A stretch of DNA of 64,000 bases, taken from positions 140,368,001-140,432,000 of the forward strand of contig NC_042999.1 in the NCBI RefSeq assembly GCF_006345805.1, in the 5' to 3' direction. Position 1 is the stretch's first letter. Each line of letters starts with the position of its first letter. The notes under the pieces were generated by a model that worked only from the letters and a program-made list of their open reading frames with translations, had not been told where the DNA came from and ran no database searches. Source of the stretch: Octopus sinensis. Its lineage: Eukaryota. Below, one piece after another: positions 50,771 to 64,000 of this stretch. The position numbers and the translations under genes were made by a program.

Positions 50771-51620
50771 TTCTGCCAGCTAACCACCTGTATATTAAAT
50801 AATATGTATGTGTGTGTTTTAGTGCACCCTTGTCTAAACATCATCATCATCATACAAGTAAGGCTGTTTGTTTTCAATATTCTGTGAAAAACATGATTTA
50901 GGTATGAGGAAATATTACCTTGTTTGGAAACAGGTGAGAGTAGGCAAAAGGAAGGGCATCCAGCCATAGAAAATCTGCCTCAATAAATTCTGCCTGACCC
51001 TTGCAAGCAAGGTAAAGAGGATGTTAATGATCATCTTTACATACATACAAACATAATGTTTTAAATATTTTTTTAAAGCCAAAATAATGTAAGTTATAAA
51101 AATTAATAATTCAAGTCAAGTTACCTCAATATTTCAGGGTTAGGACCCTTCTTCTGGAAATTTATGAAGAAAAGGTGTTGATAGCTAATGCCTCTGCTCT
51201 GTAGTATGTATGAAAGTTTGCTACATTTGATTTTATACACCATGTAGGGCTGCAGACATATATTTTAGTCTTTGATTAAGCTGTTGGGCAATGTACATAA
51301 AGTATTGTTTTGTCTTGGCCTGTCTTTAGTATTGACCCTCCTCAGAGTAGGCCTTACAGATTGCATAGTGAATTGCAGCAGTTGTTTTTACATTAAAATG
51401 TGGCAGATGTTTTGCTCAGGTGTCTCATGCGGAGATGTAGAAACGTCAACAGTCAAGCACATACATGTTACAGACTTCCACAGCTATCATCAACTAATTC
51501 CACTCCCAAGGCATTGATCAGCCCGAGCCTATAGTAAAAGATATTTGGATACTTCCAATAGTGGATATGTAGGGAGGTAGAACCTGAAACCACATAGTTA
51601 CAAAGTAGACTCTGTATCTA

Positions 51621-51824
51621 CAAAGTGGTGCTGAAAAGTTCCTGGCTTTGGGTAAAAGAAAATACAGGAGGAGCAGTTAATTATGGCTTTATTCAACATA
51701 TTCCTCTCTCAGATTCACATACTTATTGCAATGGTCGTTCAGTTTTTCCAAGCCCTGTAAAAGAATTCAGAAGGATGGGCCTCCAATCAGGCCTTAAAGC
51801 CAGGAACTTTTCAGCACCCCCTTG
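51621..51824. mobile_element. mariner-derived MITE (204 bp), TA-flanked
   Basis: TIRs caaagtggtgctgaaaagttcctggcttt / aaagccaggaacttttcagcacccccttg, related to the 22364 terminus. Confidence 0.8.
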
Positions 51825-52549
51825 TACACAGCTATACCTGCAACATTGAAACAAGATAAACTAGAACACTGCATCATTAAATAAAATGTCATACATTTAA
51901 AAAAAGTATATGTTTATACATAATTACAGAAAATTGTAACTGGTACAAAATTATAAACTCAATATTTTACTTGTGTATGTATTAGATTGAACATAAATAT
52001 AATTATTTCTGATTTAGAAAAGTGAACTCCACCAATGAAAACCCATCACAAAGAAATGACCACTTGTTTATTTAAACTAGTTTGAAAATCCATCTATAAC
52101 ACTGTTATCTTTTTGTATTGCCTCTCTGTGCAATTTCATTTGGTTGCCATTTCTCCTTATTTGTTTATTCTTTGGCATCTTAATGACTACTTTCTAACTA
52201 CACAGCAAGAGTATGAGTTTGTTCATCACACTCTAAGTTTTCCAAAAATGAGATTAACCAACATACGAACCTATATGGAAATATCAAATTTCTCTCAAAT
52301 CACATCCTGTCATCTTAAAAGAGACTGATGATCAATACCAGACTGCTTTTGATCAAAAAGGTCAGTTCAGTCAGAGTTGCCTTCAGTTAATAATGAGGAG
52401 TAGCATTTGCAGAAACTATAAGAGTTTTATTTAGAGGTGAAGTACAATGTTGTTTTCTTGATGTTTCCAATGATATTTCATCAATATTCTACAAACACAG
52501 GTATGATATTGTGTAGTGCTCTCTCTCTCTCTACTGCTATTACTACAAT

Positions 52550-52810
52550 CTCTAGAATATCAAATCTACTCCTACATTTCCCTGTCGCAAATACAATGAA
52601 TTCTACATCGGAAGTACCATCACACAGGTTCACATGCAGGTTAAAGACTTTTATGCTAATGCTTCTTCCATCAAAAAATACCTATGGAAATGTCACTTTC
52701 GAGAAATTCAAGTTTCCATTGAAGCTACACCAAGAAACATTGGGAACTCGACAATAAAAGACGGTATTTTTATTTGCATGTGCTACCCAGGAATTAATAA
52801 CAGAAATGTA
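52550..52810 (+). mobile_element. Penelope-like GIY-YIG remnant
   Basis: FPCRKYNEFYIGSTITQVH..SSIKKYLWKC..IKDGIFI..YPGINNR. Confidence 0.6.
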
Positions 52811-53576
52811 ATACTAAATACTTATGTTCAATTATTTCCTCTTTGTATTTCATTTTCCTGACCTTGCTTAAAACACCTTATTTAATTTTTCTATAAAAGA
52901 ATAAAAAAATCCTAGAACTCCATTCCTACCCCTTCCTCAACTTACAAATTAAATTAATCATTAGCTATGCTTCATTAATCTTGACTTCTCAATCAGTCAG
53001 TGTCTGAAAAAAAAAAAATAAAAAAGACAACAATAGAAACAACTTGAATAAAATAGTACCAATAAATATTTTATTGCACATAACATTCCTTGCAAATAGT
53101 TGATATAATAATTTACAAGTTCACATTTTTTTGTCTTAATTAAAAAAATTTTCCAAATGTTTTTTTTTTCTAAACTTAGCTGATTTCAGCAAGATGTGTG
53201 GAGAGCAGATACCAAGGTGTTCAGGGTAGGTTTTAGGGACCAACACAAGTTGTATAGTCCAATTTTGGGGATTTCAAAAAATATATCACCTTTGCAATAA
53301 CATAGAAATTATAGGTAAAAACAACATCATCAGTCCATTTTCCTCTCCTGCTCCATCAGCACCAGTCAGCAAATCAGTTAGGGTGGGGACTATACTGTGT
53401 TCCCCGCACCTAACCTCACTTCATTTCACTCCGTTAAAATTGTCAAGATATATTTTCACCAACAACTGCTTCAGATGTCGCTATTGGTGACAGACAACAT
53501 GTTAATCAATTTCAAACTTCAGTCGACATCATTACACAAATTAATTTACAAATTGTTAAATTTTTTTTATTAATAT

Positions 53577-53585
53577 ATATATGTA

Positions 53586-53627
<42 letters not shown>

Positions 53628-53755
53628 CACACACACACATACATATATATATACACACACACACACATATACATATATATGTGTGTGCGTATATATACAC
53701 ATATGTAAACATATACATATACCTATGTATATATATGTACATACGCATATATATT
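53577..53755. repeat. compound (TA)/(TG)/(CA) microsatellite
   Basis: Direct reading. Other tracts: (TA)n 39878-39918, 43846-43882, 56562-56642, 62860-62882; (ATT)n 54115-54151; (AG)n 54652-54682; (CTA)n 59290-59322. Confidence 0.95.
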
Positions 53756-54112
53756 TTTTTTTTATATTATATTTTTTCCTTCAAAATTAATTTCAAAAGT
53801 CAATGGTGTGAAAGTTCTCCTCTCTATTGGTAGTGAAACTCAAAATTGAGAGTTACATACCAATGGAGATAGATTTCAAAATTAATGTGAGAGTGGTATT
53901 TCCTCTTAGGTGGCATCTGACATTCCCACATGGTTAATGAGGGTAAGACCATCCAACAGTGCCATCCAAAGACTATGACATCACAGCAAAGATTTTAACA
54001 CTGTTTTAGAGAGATTTACCTATTTCTCAGCTCACATGTTATATACAACTCAAGTCAAGTTTAAAAGTAATTGAAATAGCATTGCTTCATCCTAATCAAA
54101 TTCTATATTTTC

Positions 54113-54152
<40 letters not shown>

Positions 54153-54647
54153 TTGTGAGGATGGTGAGGATAGTCCAACTGAATTGGCCTACTGCCAGCA
54201 GGCATCTGTAAGCCATGGAATATAACTGGGATAATCTACTTACTCTTAGTAACCAGGGCAATTCTTGACCTTAAGTAATGGTTATTCTCTCTGGGGACTA
54301 TCACATATTTGTATACTATAATTTCTGTAACTCATGTTTGTAATGATCCCCTATCTTTGGGTCTTGTGGTAATAATGAAATCATTATCATAATCATTATT
54401 ATTGTCTATTGTTCTAAATATCCTCTTTTACTGACGTATGGAAAATAGACACATAAAGTATTAACAGGATTGTACTAAACTTATTTCCAAACTGACAGTT
54501 TTAATGTTGTCTGGTAGTATTATCCCATTATGTATGTATGCATGCATAATATGTATATAAATACATGTGCGTGTGAGCTTACAGACATATATGGGTAATA
54601 AATACTTGAGATTTATAATTTATAGATTGCCACAGATCTTTTAGATT

Positions 54648-54686
<39 letters not shown>

Positions 54687-55784
54687 TTTGAAAGTTTTAT
54701 TTATAAAATGTGTCTAACAAAATAATTGGGACAAGCTTCATGTCATACAATCTACATCATGAAAATATTACATTTAATCTCCTCTGCCTAGTCCTCTGTT
54801 TCCCACCCAGTAGAGCTACTCTGAACCTGACCTAACTCAGAACAATTCAAGAATTATAAATAAAACATAATGAAAGTAAAATCCAGCTTGTTAAATAATG
54901 AGATGTAAATGAGTTGAGTAAAACTTGACTTGAGTTGTAATTAGTAAGAAGGCTTTGTAACACCTTCAATAAGGCAGCTAAATTCATCATTGCAAGTGAC
55001 AAGACTTGCAATGATTCCATGTGCGTCTTTTGTACGGATTTTTTTAAAAAATTTTTTTAATTTGTTTTTGAGTTAAGCCAACATCTAGATAATATAATAA
55101 TAAAATTATGAACAGTCAATATGGGAGTATTTACAATAGAAATGGTTGTTGTTAGTAATGTCAGGTTGTAAAAAAAAAAGGAACAAGAAAAAAAGTGCTT
55201 TTTATGAAGACAGTGAATGTTGTTGCCAGGAATTTACTAATTATCTGCTGAGTTAAAAAATATAACAGAGAATTACACAAAATAGATTGTTTACAGAGAT
55301 AAGTATATCTGTGTGTATGTATATTTATTGATCTGTCTCTATGCAAGTATATGTGTATGTGTATACATATATATGTGTGTGTTAATGTTTATACATTTAT
55401 ATAAAGTTCTTAATATGTATCCCTTTATATAAAGTTACTGCAGTAAATACTATATATATATCTTTCAATTTTATAAATTTCAATGGGTTTTACTATTGAG
55501 TTCCTGTGTAATACTGCTTCCAATGAAAAACTCAGAGCAGCTTATAGTAGGTTATTGTCTATGTTTATGATGGACAAATTTCATGTGTGTGTAAATGAGA
55601 ACAAAAAATTTCATCTATCAATGCCACTGTCTTGATATGTAGATATTACATGATTCACACACACACACATACACATATACAGAGCTTATTCTATAAATAC
55701 ACATTAACAGAAGAGGTATGAATTGAGAAAAATTAAGTCTAACATGGTACACAGTGACCACACATTTTACTATTTCTCTAGTGT

Positions 55785-56559
55785 ATTACCGGTACTTATT
55801 TTATCAATCCAGGGGGGATGAAAGGCAAAATCGATAATGTTGGGATTTGAACTCTGAGCATGAAGAGGCAAAATACTACAAAGCATTTAATATGTCTTCC
55901 TACTGTCCCTTAATGTATTACAACAATATATTGTGAGGTAACTGTGCAAATCTCTAGTAGAGACCTGACAACAACAAATTTATGTAATTTTAAATTACAG
56001 CAGTTATAAGTAAACAACAACAAAACCAGAAACAACCCCCAAAACATTTCAGACATTCCTGTTAAGTGAAGATTGGTTAGGTGGAGTGGGAGTAAACATA
56101 TTATACAAAATACAAATGAAACTGGATGAAACAAGAAGAAAAAAAGAACATAATGACAATGAGTTTTAATAAATAATTGCTTTCTTTCTTCCTTTCACTC
56201 AGCAGATGAATTTAAAAGACATATTGGTTTATATGTGTGTGTGTGTGTGTGTGTATGTGGCAGGTATGAATAATACGTAATAGTTTCAAATTTTGGCACA
56301 AGGCCAGCAATTTTTCAGTGGGAAGTGGTTAGTCGATTTGATCGACCCCAGTGCTCAACTGGTACTTATTTTATCGACCCCAAAAGGATGAAAGGCAAAG
56401 TTGACCTTGGTGAAATTTGAACTCAGAATGTAATGAGTCAGAAGAAATGCTGCTGAGCATTTTATCTGACATGCTAACGATTCTGCTAGTTCACTGCCAT
56501 ATGAGCATAGTAAATAATGATTTCTTGCATTGGCACAAATACTATAAATTTGTAAGGAA

Positions 56560-56636
<77 letters not shown>

Positions 56637-59580
56637 TATATATATTTACTGAATTGATCCAACCCAACCCAAGTGCATGCATTGTATATATTTTATCACC
56701 TTTTGGGAAAGGGACATGAAAAGCAAAGCAATGTCAACACTGGTGGGATTTAAACTTAAAATATAAAGGGAAGTAACTACATATCACAAGGTATCTAGCC
56801 CGGTACTCTATTTGTGACTTCACAGCATTAATAACAATAGTAATCATTATTCCTAATTTAGGCACATGATCATAAATTTGGGAGGAGTTTATAATCAATT
56901 ACCTCAAACTTCAGTTTTGCCTAGCACTCATTTTATTGATCCACAGAAGAATGAAAGGCGAAGTTGACTTCAACAGGATTTAAACTTAGAACATAAAGGT
57001 ATATGGTCTAACATCTGTGCCATTCACCATCCAATAATAATTTTTTACTAACATTCTATAATGGTAGACAATACAGTTGTCTGCAGTATAATATATAGAC
57101 TTTATTTATCCTTTTCACTGGAAAATTTTAAAATCAGAAATGGGATAGAGGTTGAAACAAACATAAATAGATTCAGTTGAGCACTCTACTGTTTAAGCCA
57201 TTCTGACTGTCTCAATAACAACAATAATGATTTTAAACGTAAGTTCAAGGCCAGAAAATTGGTGAGAGAGAACAGTCAATTATATCAAGCTATAACTGGT
57301 ACTTTATATTTTCAACTTTGGAAAGATGAAAGACAAAATTTACCTTAGTGGAATTTGTACTCAAAATGTAAAAGAGCTGGAAAAAAATACTGCAAGACAT
57401 TTTTGCTTCATGCTCAAATATTTCTGCCAATCCACCAGCCTAATAACAAAAATAATAACGATTTCTAACATTGGTGGAAAGCCATAACATTTTATGGAGG
57501 AGTTGCAGTTGATTTAATCAAACCCCTGTCAGTTTGTTATTGGCACTTATTTTATCTATGCCAGGAAGTTAATCTCAATAGAATTTTAACTAAAAACATA
57601 GAGGCAAAGTTTTATTCTCCACAAGCAATTTTGTTCAATTCTTTACCAATTCTTCCTTTGCCTCTTTAATAATAACGATGACGATGATGACAACATGAAT
57701 AGAAATAAAAATATCAAATTACCGAGTTTCATAAATAATACTTCTGAAACTGAAGGCTAATGCTATTATCAATTATGGCTCTTTATATAGCATCATAGAA
57801 AATAATAATAATAGTTTTGTTTTACATTATAACAAGGCCACATATTTGTAGGGGAGGAAAAAGGGGGTATAGCCAATGCATTCAACTGCAGTATATTACT
57901 GGTACTTGCTTGTAAACTTTGGAGGGATGAAAGGCAAATTCAGCTTTCAGGATTTGAACTAAGAACATAAAGACACGTAACCAATGACAGATTGTCCAGC
58001 ACGCTAAAGCTTCTGCTAGTATAATAATGATTTATAGCAATTTTAACATGGCTACACAGTTTTGGGAAGAGGGACTGAAACAAAATCAACACATGACTAG
58101 TATTTATCATATTAATTCCAGAAGGATGATTTATAATCATTTCCTTTTGGTTAGTAGAATTGATGCTTCAGATATGAATCTGGGAGATCAGACATTACAA
58201 TTTCAATAATATTAATTTCTAACACTGGTCCCTCTCAAAAGAGGGATGGACTGAGACTAAACTGAGTTTCTTGAATACTTACTTGACAGGTATCTATATC
58301 GTTAACCCTGGAATGATGAAAGGCAAAACTGACACTGGTAAAATTTGAATTTAGAATGTAAATAGATATGACAGGACATGTTCTTGAGTGCTACTGATCC
58401 TAGCATCTTCAAATAAGAGCAGACTATTTAACATTGTATCATTATAATCATTACAGCAATCAGCAGTGAATGAGGTGAAACACAAAACATTTTTTTTTTA
58501 CAAGACACATAAAAACAGCTAACAGTTCTTTGAAAGGAGAGAAAAAGTACAACACAATTTTATCAAGTGAATTGCTTTCATCAAGTTACATTAGGTAACA
58601 TTTTTCAATTTCATTTGAATAAAATTTGCCATACATTTACTGGGAAGAATTATAGGCGATTAATCAACTTTTACTATATTACTGACACTTACGGGCCTGA
58701 CTCTGTAGAAATGAAAAGCGAAGTTGATCCCAGTTGATTTTAGCTTAGAACGTAAAGGGACATAATTCAATGCCACAAGGGAAGTAACTACAGATTGTCA
58801 CTAACATGGCTACGGAATTATATATTTTTTGAGGGAGACATGCAGTTCATGTAATTGACTCTAACCTGGTTGTCTTATCGGCCCTGCAAGAACAAAAGGC
58901 AAAGTTATCTCAATGCACTTTGAAGAGACAAAAATTAATATTGTAAGTCGACATTTTAGCAATTCTATTATCCACCACTCTTGAAATAATACATTTTTTA
59001 TAATAATAATAATTTAATAATAATAATAATAATAATAATACATTTTTTATTTTAACATAAGGCAGTGCTCTGGCATGGCTAGTCTAAAAACTGAAACTAG
59101 TGAAAGAAAATAAGCTAACAAATTTAAAACAGAGCCGGATGAAATCATATAACATTTATACCCTTCTCAAAGGTTTTAATGACATAGGAAAGTCGTCAAA
59201 TGAAACAATTCTCTTGAAAAAGCTATGAACAACTATCAATTTCAGTTAATCTTTTCTACAGGTCTTGGGCCAAGGAAAGAAAATCCGCATTACTACTGCT
59301 ACTACTACTACTACTACTACTACGTTACATTAGAAGAATACCAAGAAGCAGATTATGCTACAAAGTAAATTTAAGAAATGAAAGCCTATATTATATTATG
59401 AAGAACTGATTTTAAACAAATACAAGGCTTCAAAATTTTAGTGAGAACAGAATTGATTACAAACAACCCCAGTTCTTGACTGGTATCTATTTTATCAAGA
59501 CCTTGCAGGATCCAAAATCAGAATGTCAATTAGTGTAATTAAACACTACAAGACATTTTGTTTGATACTGCTAATCACTA
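55785..59580 (-). mobile_element. cluster of about 12 variably decayed SINE B copies, all in the same orientation
   Basis: Recurrent ggtacttattttat..gatgaaaggcaaag..atttgaact near 55790, 56350, 56700, 56930, 57300, 57545, 57900, 58100, 58290, 58680, 58870 and 59480. Confidence 0.75.
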
Positions 59581-62500
59581 TTATGTTATATAGTATTGGG
59601 AGTAAAATCATAGTTTTAGCTTCCAGTACTTTTTCATTCTTAATACAGCTGCATTCTCTATCTAATGAAGTTATTAGTGATTAATTAAACTATTATTGTT
59701 GTTAAAGTTAAAAATAGTAAAAAACCAATCAACAAACAAAAACAAATTCAGAGTTACATCACAGAAATTATTGAGCAGAGAGAGACAAAAACATGCACCT
59801 ACCATTCAAAAAATATCTGCATATTCTTGATAGATATATGATTAATAAATTTTGATAAATACTCTTGAGAGATGAAAATAATTACAGAGAAAAGACTGAT
59901 GTCAGTTTATTTATTACAATTTTAGATGAAATTACATCTTGTTCAAAATATATAATTATATATATATTTATTTTCTTTCCACAAGAAAAATATCATTATT
60001 AATGTTATTTTTATTTAGGCTGATCTAAAAAAATAACTTTATTATATGAAATTCTCTGACAGAAAGATTTGGCAATAGAATTATCCTGTATTTCCATTTA
60101 GTTTCCAAACCTTTTATCCTGCTACCATTCTTCAATAAATTATTACTATGGATTTTTTCACAAAGGAAATTATTTACATGTTTGACAATAAATGAGTTAA
60201 TAAATTTGTATGTTTTTATATAGATATGGGAGTGTGTTATATTTCTAAATTTAAAATAAGTTTTGAAAAAAAAATTCATTTGAGAAAAACAATGTAACAT
60301 TACCAAGCATGAAAAGTAGCAGATACATTAATAAAATTACATTATCTTAAGAGGTATGGGTTTACCAACACCTTAATACTTGAGAGGGAGGGGAGTTTTT
60401 TTTCATTAAACATAGTGACTTATCAGGCATAGTAAGTTAAATCCATCAAACAACATAATGGTATTATTCCAAAAAGCAAGATAAAGATGGATTGAAAGTG
60501 AGTCTAAAATGTTTTTGATAATTATTGCTTAATTTAGGCAGTGTTAGAGAAGGATAAGATTAAAAAGCTGTGATGTTCATTGTTTTCCTGTGAGTATTAG
60601 CAATTTAAAAAGAAAAAAAAATCATTTTTATCCTCATTACACTCCTATATTAGTTAAATAACTCAATAGACTATAGACTATATAAAGCTTATAAAATATC
60701 TGTTATTATGGTAAAATGGCAGTTATGATAACAGAGTTAGTAGTGATAGTACTAGATGGCTATGAGTGTGGTTTTTGAAGTAGTGGGAGGTAAATGGAAA
60801 TATGCAGTAGAAGTTTATGGTTTCCTTTGTTTTCAAGTGAAGTGATGAAGTAAAGTGAAAGTAGAAGTCCAATCAAATTAGTGGAACTGAAGACAATGTA
60901 ATTCTGACTCCATACATAAACCTGAACCAAACAAGTCATATTTACTTGTCTGAATAGTAAGAAATAGAAATGGAGTTTTGGTGTATGTATGTATATTAGT
61001 CATTAACACAGAGTTGTTCCTTTGCCACTAATTAGTGGATTATAAATTATTGTAAAACAATTCATAACAGAATGTAATAAAAGTTATGAATTATAAGTTC
61101 ATAACTTATTTACTTATCACTACACTACGAAAATAGATCTATGATAGAAAAGTAACTTTCTTGATCTATTTTTCCTTTATCTCTTCGTAAAAGATGCAAA
61201 ATTACTAATTTTGTCAGTAGTTGCTAAGTAATTTTTCTTTAGGCAAATTAATTTTTGAATTTTAAATTTCTTTGTTCTTTACTATCAGTAATGACAAATT
61301 AGCACACCATTGTTTACAAGGTGAAGGACACCAACCAAAAATTGCCAAGACAGACATTTCATCTTTAAGAAAAGGAGGGTAAAATTGTGACAGTCATATT
61401 TTTCCCTGAGGTCTATCAGACATCCATGTTGGTTATGGTAACTTATACAATTGACTTCTCACAGACATAAAACCTCAGCTTCATATAGTAGGGTAAATGA
61501 AATTACATAATGTGTATGGGCATAGGTAACTTCAGTGAAGTGGATATGGCTAGGAATTGAAACAATGTTGTGATTTTTCTTTGCTAAGACTTTATTGTAA
61601 CAGTTTTCTTATATAGACACAAAGCCAATAATTAAAAGAGTTGAGTATGATAGGAAAACTGATCAACTTAACTACTGATACTTAATTTACTGACCTCGGA
61701 AACATGAAATATGAAGATGGCTCAGACATATTTTAAATTAAGAATATAGAAAGGAGAAATTAAATGCTCTAAGTAATCCACCATTCTTATACAACTCACC
61801 ACTGCTATATCAGAAAGGTGAGAGAAAGAGGCGGAAAAAGGTAGGAAGATCAGCTGATTATGGACTTAAACATTTCTGGTATTAAATCAAAATACAAAAA
61901 CAAATGAAGTACACACACTTAATATAACTTTGATTTACTAAGTTAATGGCTTGATTAAAGAATAAATTAATGATAATATCACAAAGATAATGAACTTGTT
62001 GAATAATAACATGGATCAAAAACTGAATCTAGACACAAAAAATATAGTAGTGGATTGGATGTAATGGATAAGGTTGTGGATATTGTTGCCTGCTAAAGTT
62101 CTGTACTATAATATGACAGTGTTGAATGTAATAATATTGTTTGTAGTTGAAATACTACCTGAAGAGTTGCAGAATAAGTGGTGTGATGTGGAATGACCGA
62201 ATGACCATTTGATTTTTACAGTAGATTCAACTGGGGAATATTTAATTAAATAATTTTACCAAGAAAAAAAGGCAACACAATTAATATGAAAATCTATAAA
62301 GATTCATGATTCTAAGTCTCTTAATAAATAGTTAATTCTAACTTAAATACAAAGATTCATGGGTGTAAATGTTACAACTATGATTAAAAACTAGGCAACA
62401 CATTACAGGTACTTGACAATTTTCCCCAAGTAATGTGAATGAAATATATATATAATGATGATGATTGACATTTCCAGTCAAGAATGATCTGTTAGTGCCA

Positions 62501-63183
62501 GATTCAACATTCAAGTAAAAGACATAATCAGTGGATGAAGTGGCTGATGAGACAGACAGGTACATCCTAAATGTAATTCTCATATAGAATCAACATGACA
62601 GTATGACAAGGCTGGATGTTGATTTACAGTCCATCTAAAAGGCATCTACTCAAGCTTAAGTAATTCAAGCCTATGGTAAAAGATATTTGCTCAAAATGCC
62701 ATGCAAGGGAATCAAATGCAGGACTTCATGGTTACAATGTAAACTTTTTAACTACTTGGCCATATCTGTCTTCTACTTATCTAACTATAGGTAGATAATG
62801 CATGTAGGTATAGCCGATAAGTACAAAATAATATTCTATGCTGAGGGGCTACATATAATCTATATATATATATATATATATAAAGAGAAAGAGAGAGAGA
62901 AAAAACAAAACAAAAACACTACTTGAGCAAATAAAGATAACTTCTTCATGGTAGCTCAATGTGCTAGAAATAGCTGCCAAATTTAACTCAACCTTTAGTT
63001 TTCCATATAATATTTGCTCAGTCAGGACTGACACAAGCTATACAATTTAAAAACATTAAACAATAATTCTTTGGTCAATAAAATTTTAGACTTGTAGAAC
63101 ATTATCCTTTCTACACTTATTTAAAACAAGTATTATTGTCTTTATTCAACACATCAATTTATGTTTAAAAATTTATGTGTGTA

Positions 63184-63211
<28 letters not shown>

Positions 63212-63217
<6 letters not shown>

Positions 63218-63590
63218 TTTATTCTTTTACTTGTTTCAGTCATTTGACGGTGGCCATGCTGGAGTACCGCCTTTAGTTGGACAAATCGACCCCAGGACTT
63301 ATTCTTTGTAAGCCCAGTACTTATTCTATCACTCCCTTTTGCTGAACCGCTAGTAATGAGGATGTAAACTCATCAACATCGGTTGTCAAGCGATGGCTGG
63401 GGGGACAAACACAGATACACAAATATATACATATATATATATATATGATGGGCTTCTTTCAGTTTCTGTCTACCAAATCCACTCACAAGGCTTTAGTCAG
63501 CCTGAGGCTTGAGTAGAAGACACTTGCCAAAAGTGCCATGTAGTGGAACTGAACCTGTGGTTGGAAAACAAGCTTCTTACCACTCAGTCA
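63212..63590 (-). mobile_element. full-length SINE A
   Basis: Homolog of 24296-24695. Confidence 0.88.
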
Positions 63591-64000
63591 TGCCACATAT
63601 ATTATGTGATGTCAGATCTCTCAGAATGCTACTGGTAACAAAGAAATCTAGTATAATTTGTTACTTGGTTGAGTCATTGTAACTAAATTGGCACCATCAC
63701 CAGTTTTGCATGGTGAAGAGTGTTGATAAAAACCCAGCAGGACAAAAACACATCCTATCACAGATGCGAATATAAACCTAGCATAAAATTAATGAGTATC
63801 AAGTGATAATGTAGAAAGACACAAAAATACTTGAAGTGGTAAACAAGCATGCTATCAGCTTACTTTGGAAGTGATGGACCCTTAAAACCTTGACCATAGC
63901 AGTAAGTAGTTGAGGAGTCACATTGTGGTTATATGTGTTATTCTGTGCATTGTAGTTTGTTTCTACAATCTGTTTTTGCTTGTTTGATATTATTAAATAA

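Overview
AT-rich, repeat-dense eukaryotic DNA, most likely cephalopod (Octopus-like). This is inferred from the SINE/RTE repeat repertoire and was not checked against a database. One host gene is well supported: a ZNF800-like zinc-finger gene (+). Its likely start codon lies in a small exon at 27348-27366, spliced to a 4.1-kb exon at 27530-31668. Most other recognisable sequence is transposon-derived. It includes a nearly intact R4/Dong-like RT+REL LINE sitting in (TAA)n tracts, many RTE LINE pieces whose ORF carries a PHD-type finger inside the RT region and whose 3' UTR carries a palindromic minisatellite, and two abutting mariners plus MITEs. There is also an internally deleted Gypsy element, several Penelope (GIY-YIG) remnants, and at least three SINE-like families. 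The most striking unexplained structure is a 498-bp foldback (43881-44378). Each of its arms contains a minimal hammerhead-ribozyme fold with the non-canonical compensatory U3-A8 core pair, and the two ribozymes point away from each other. All alignments, folds and family assignments were made by eye; coordinates of degraded repeats are approximate.
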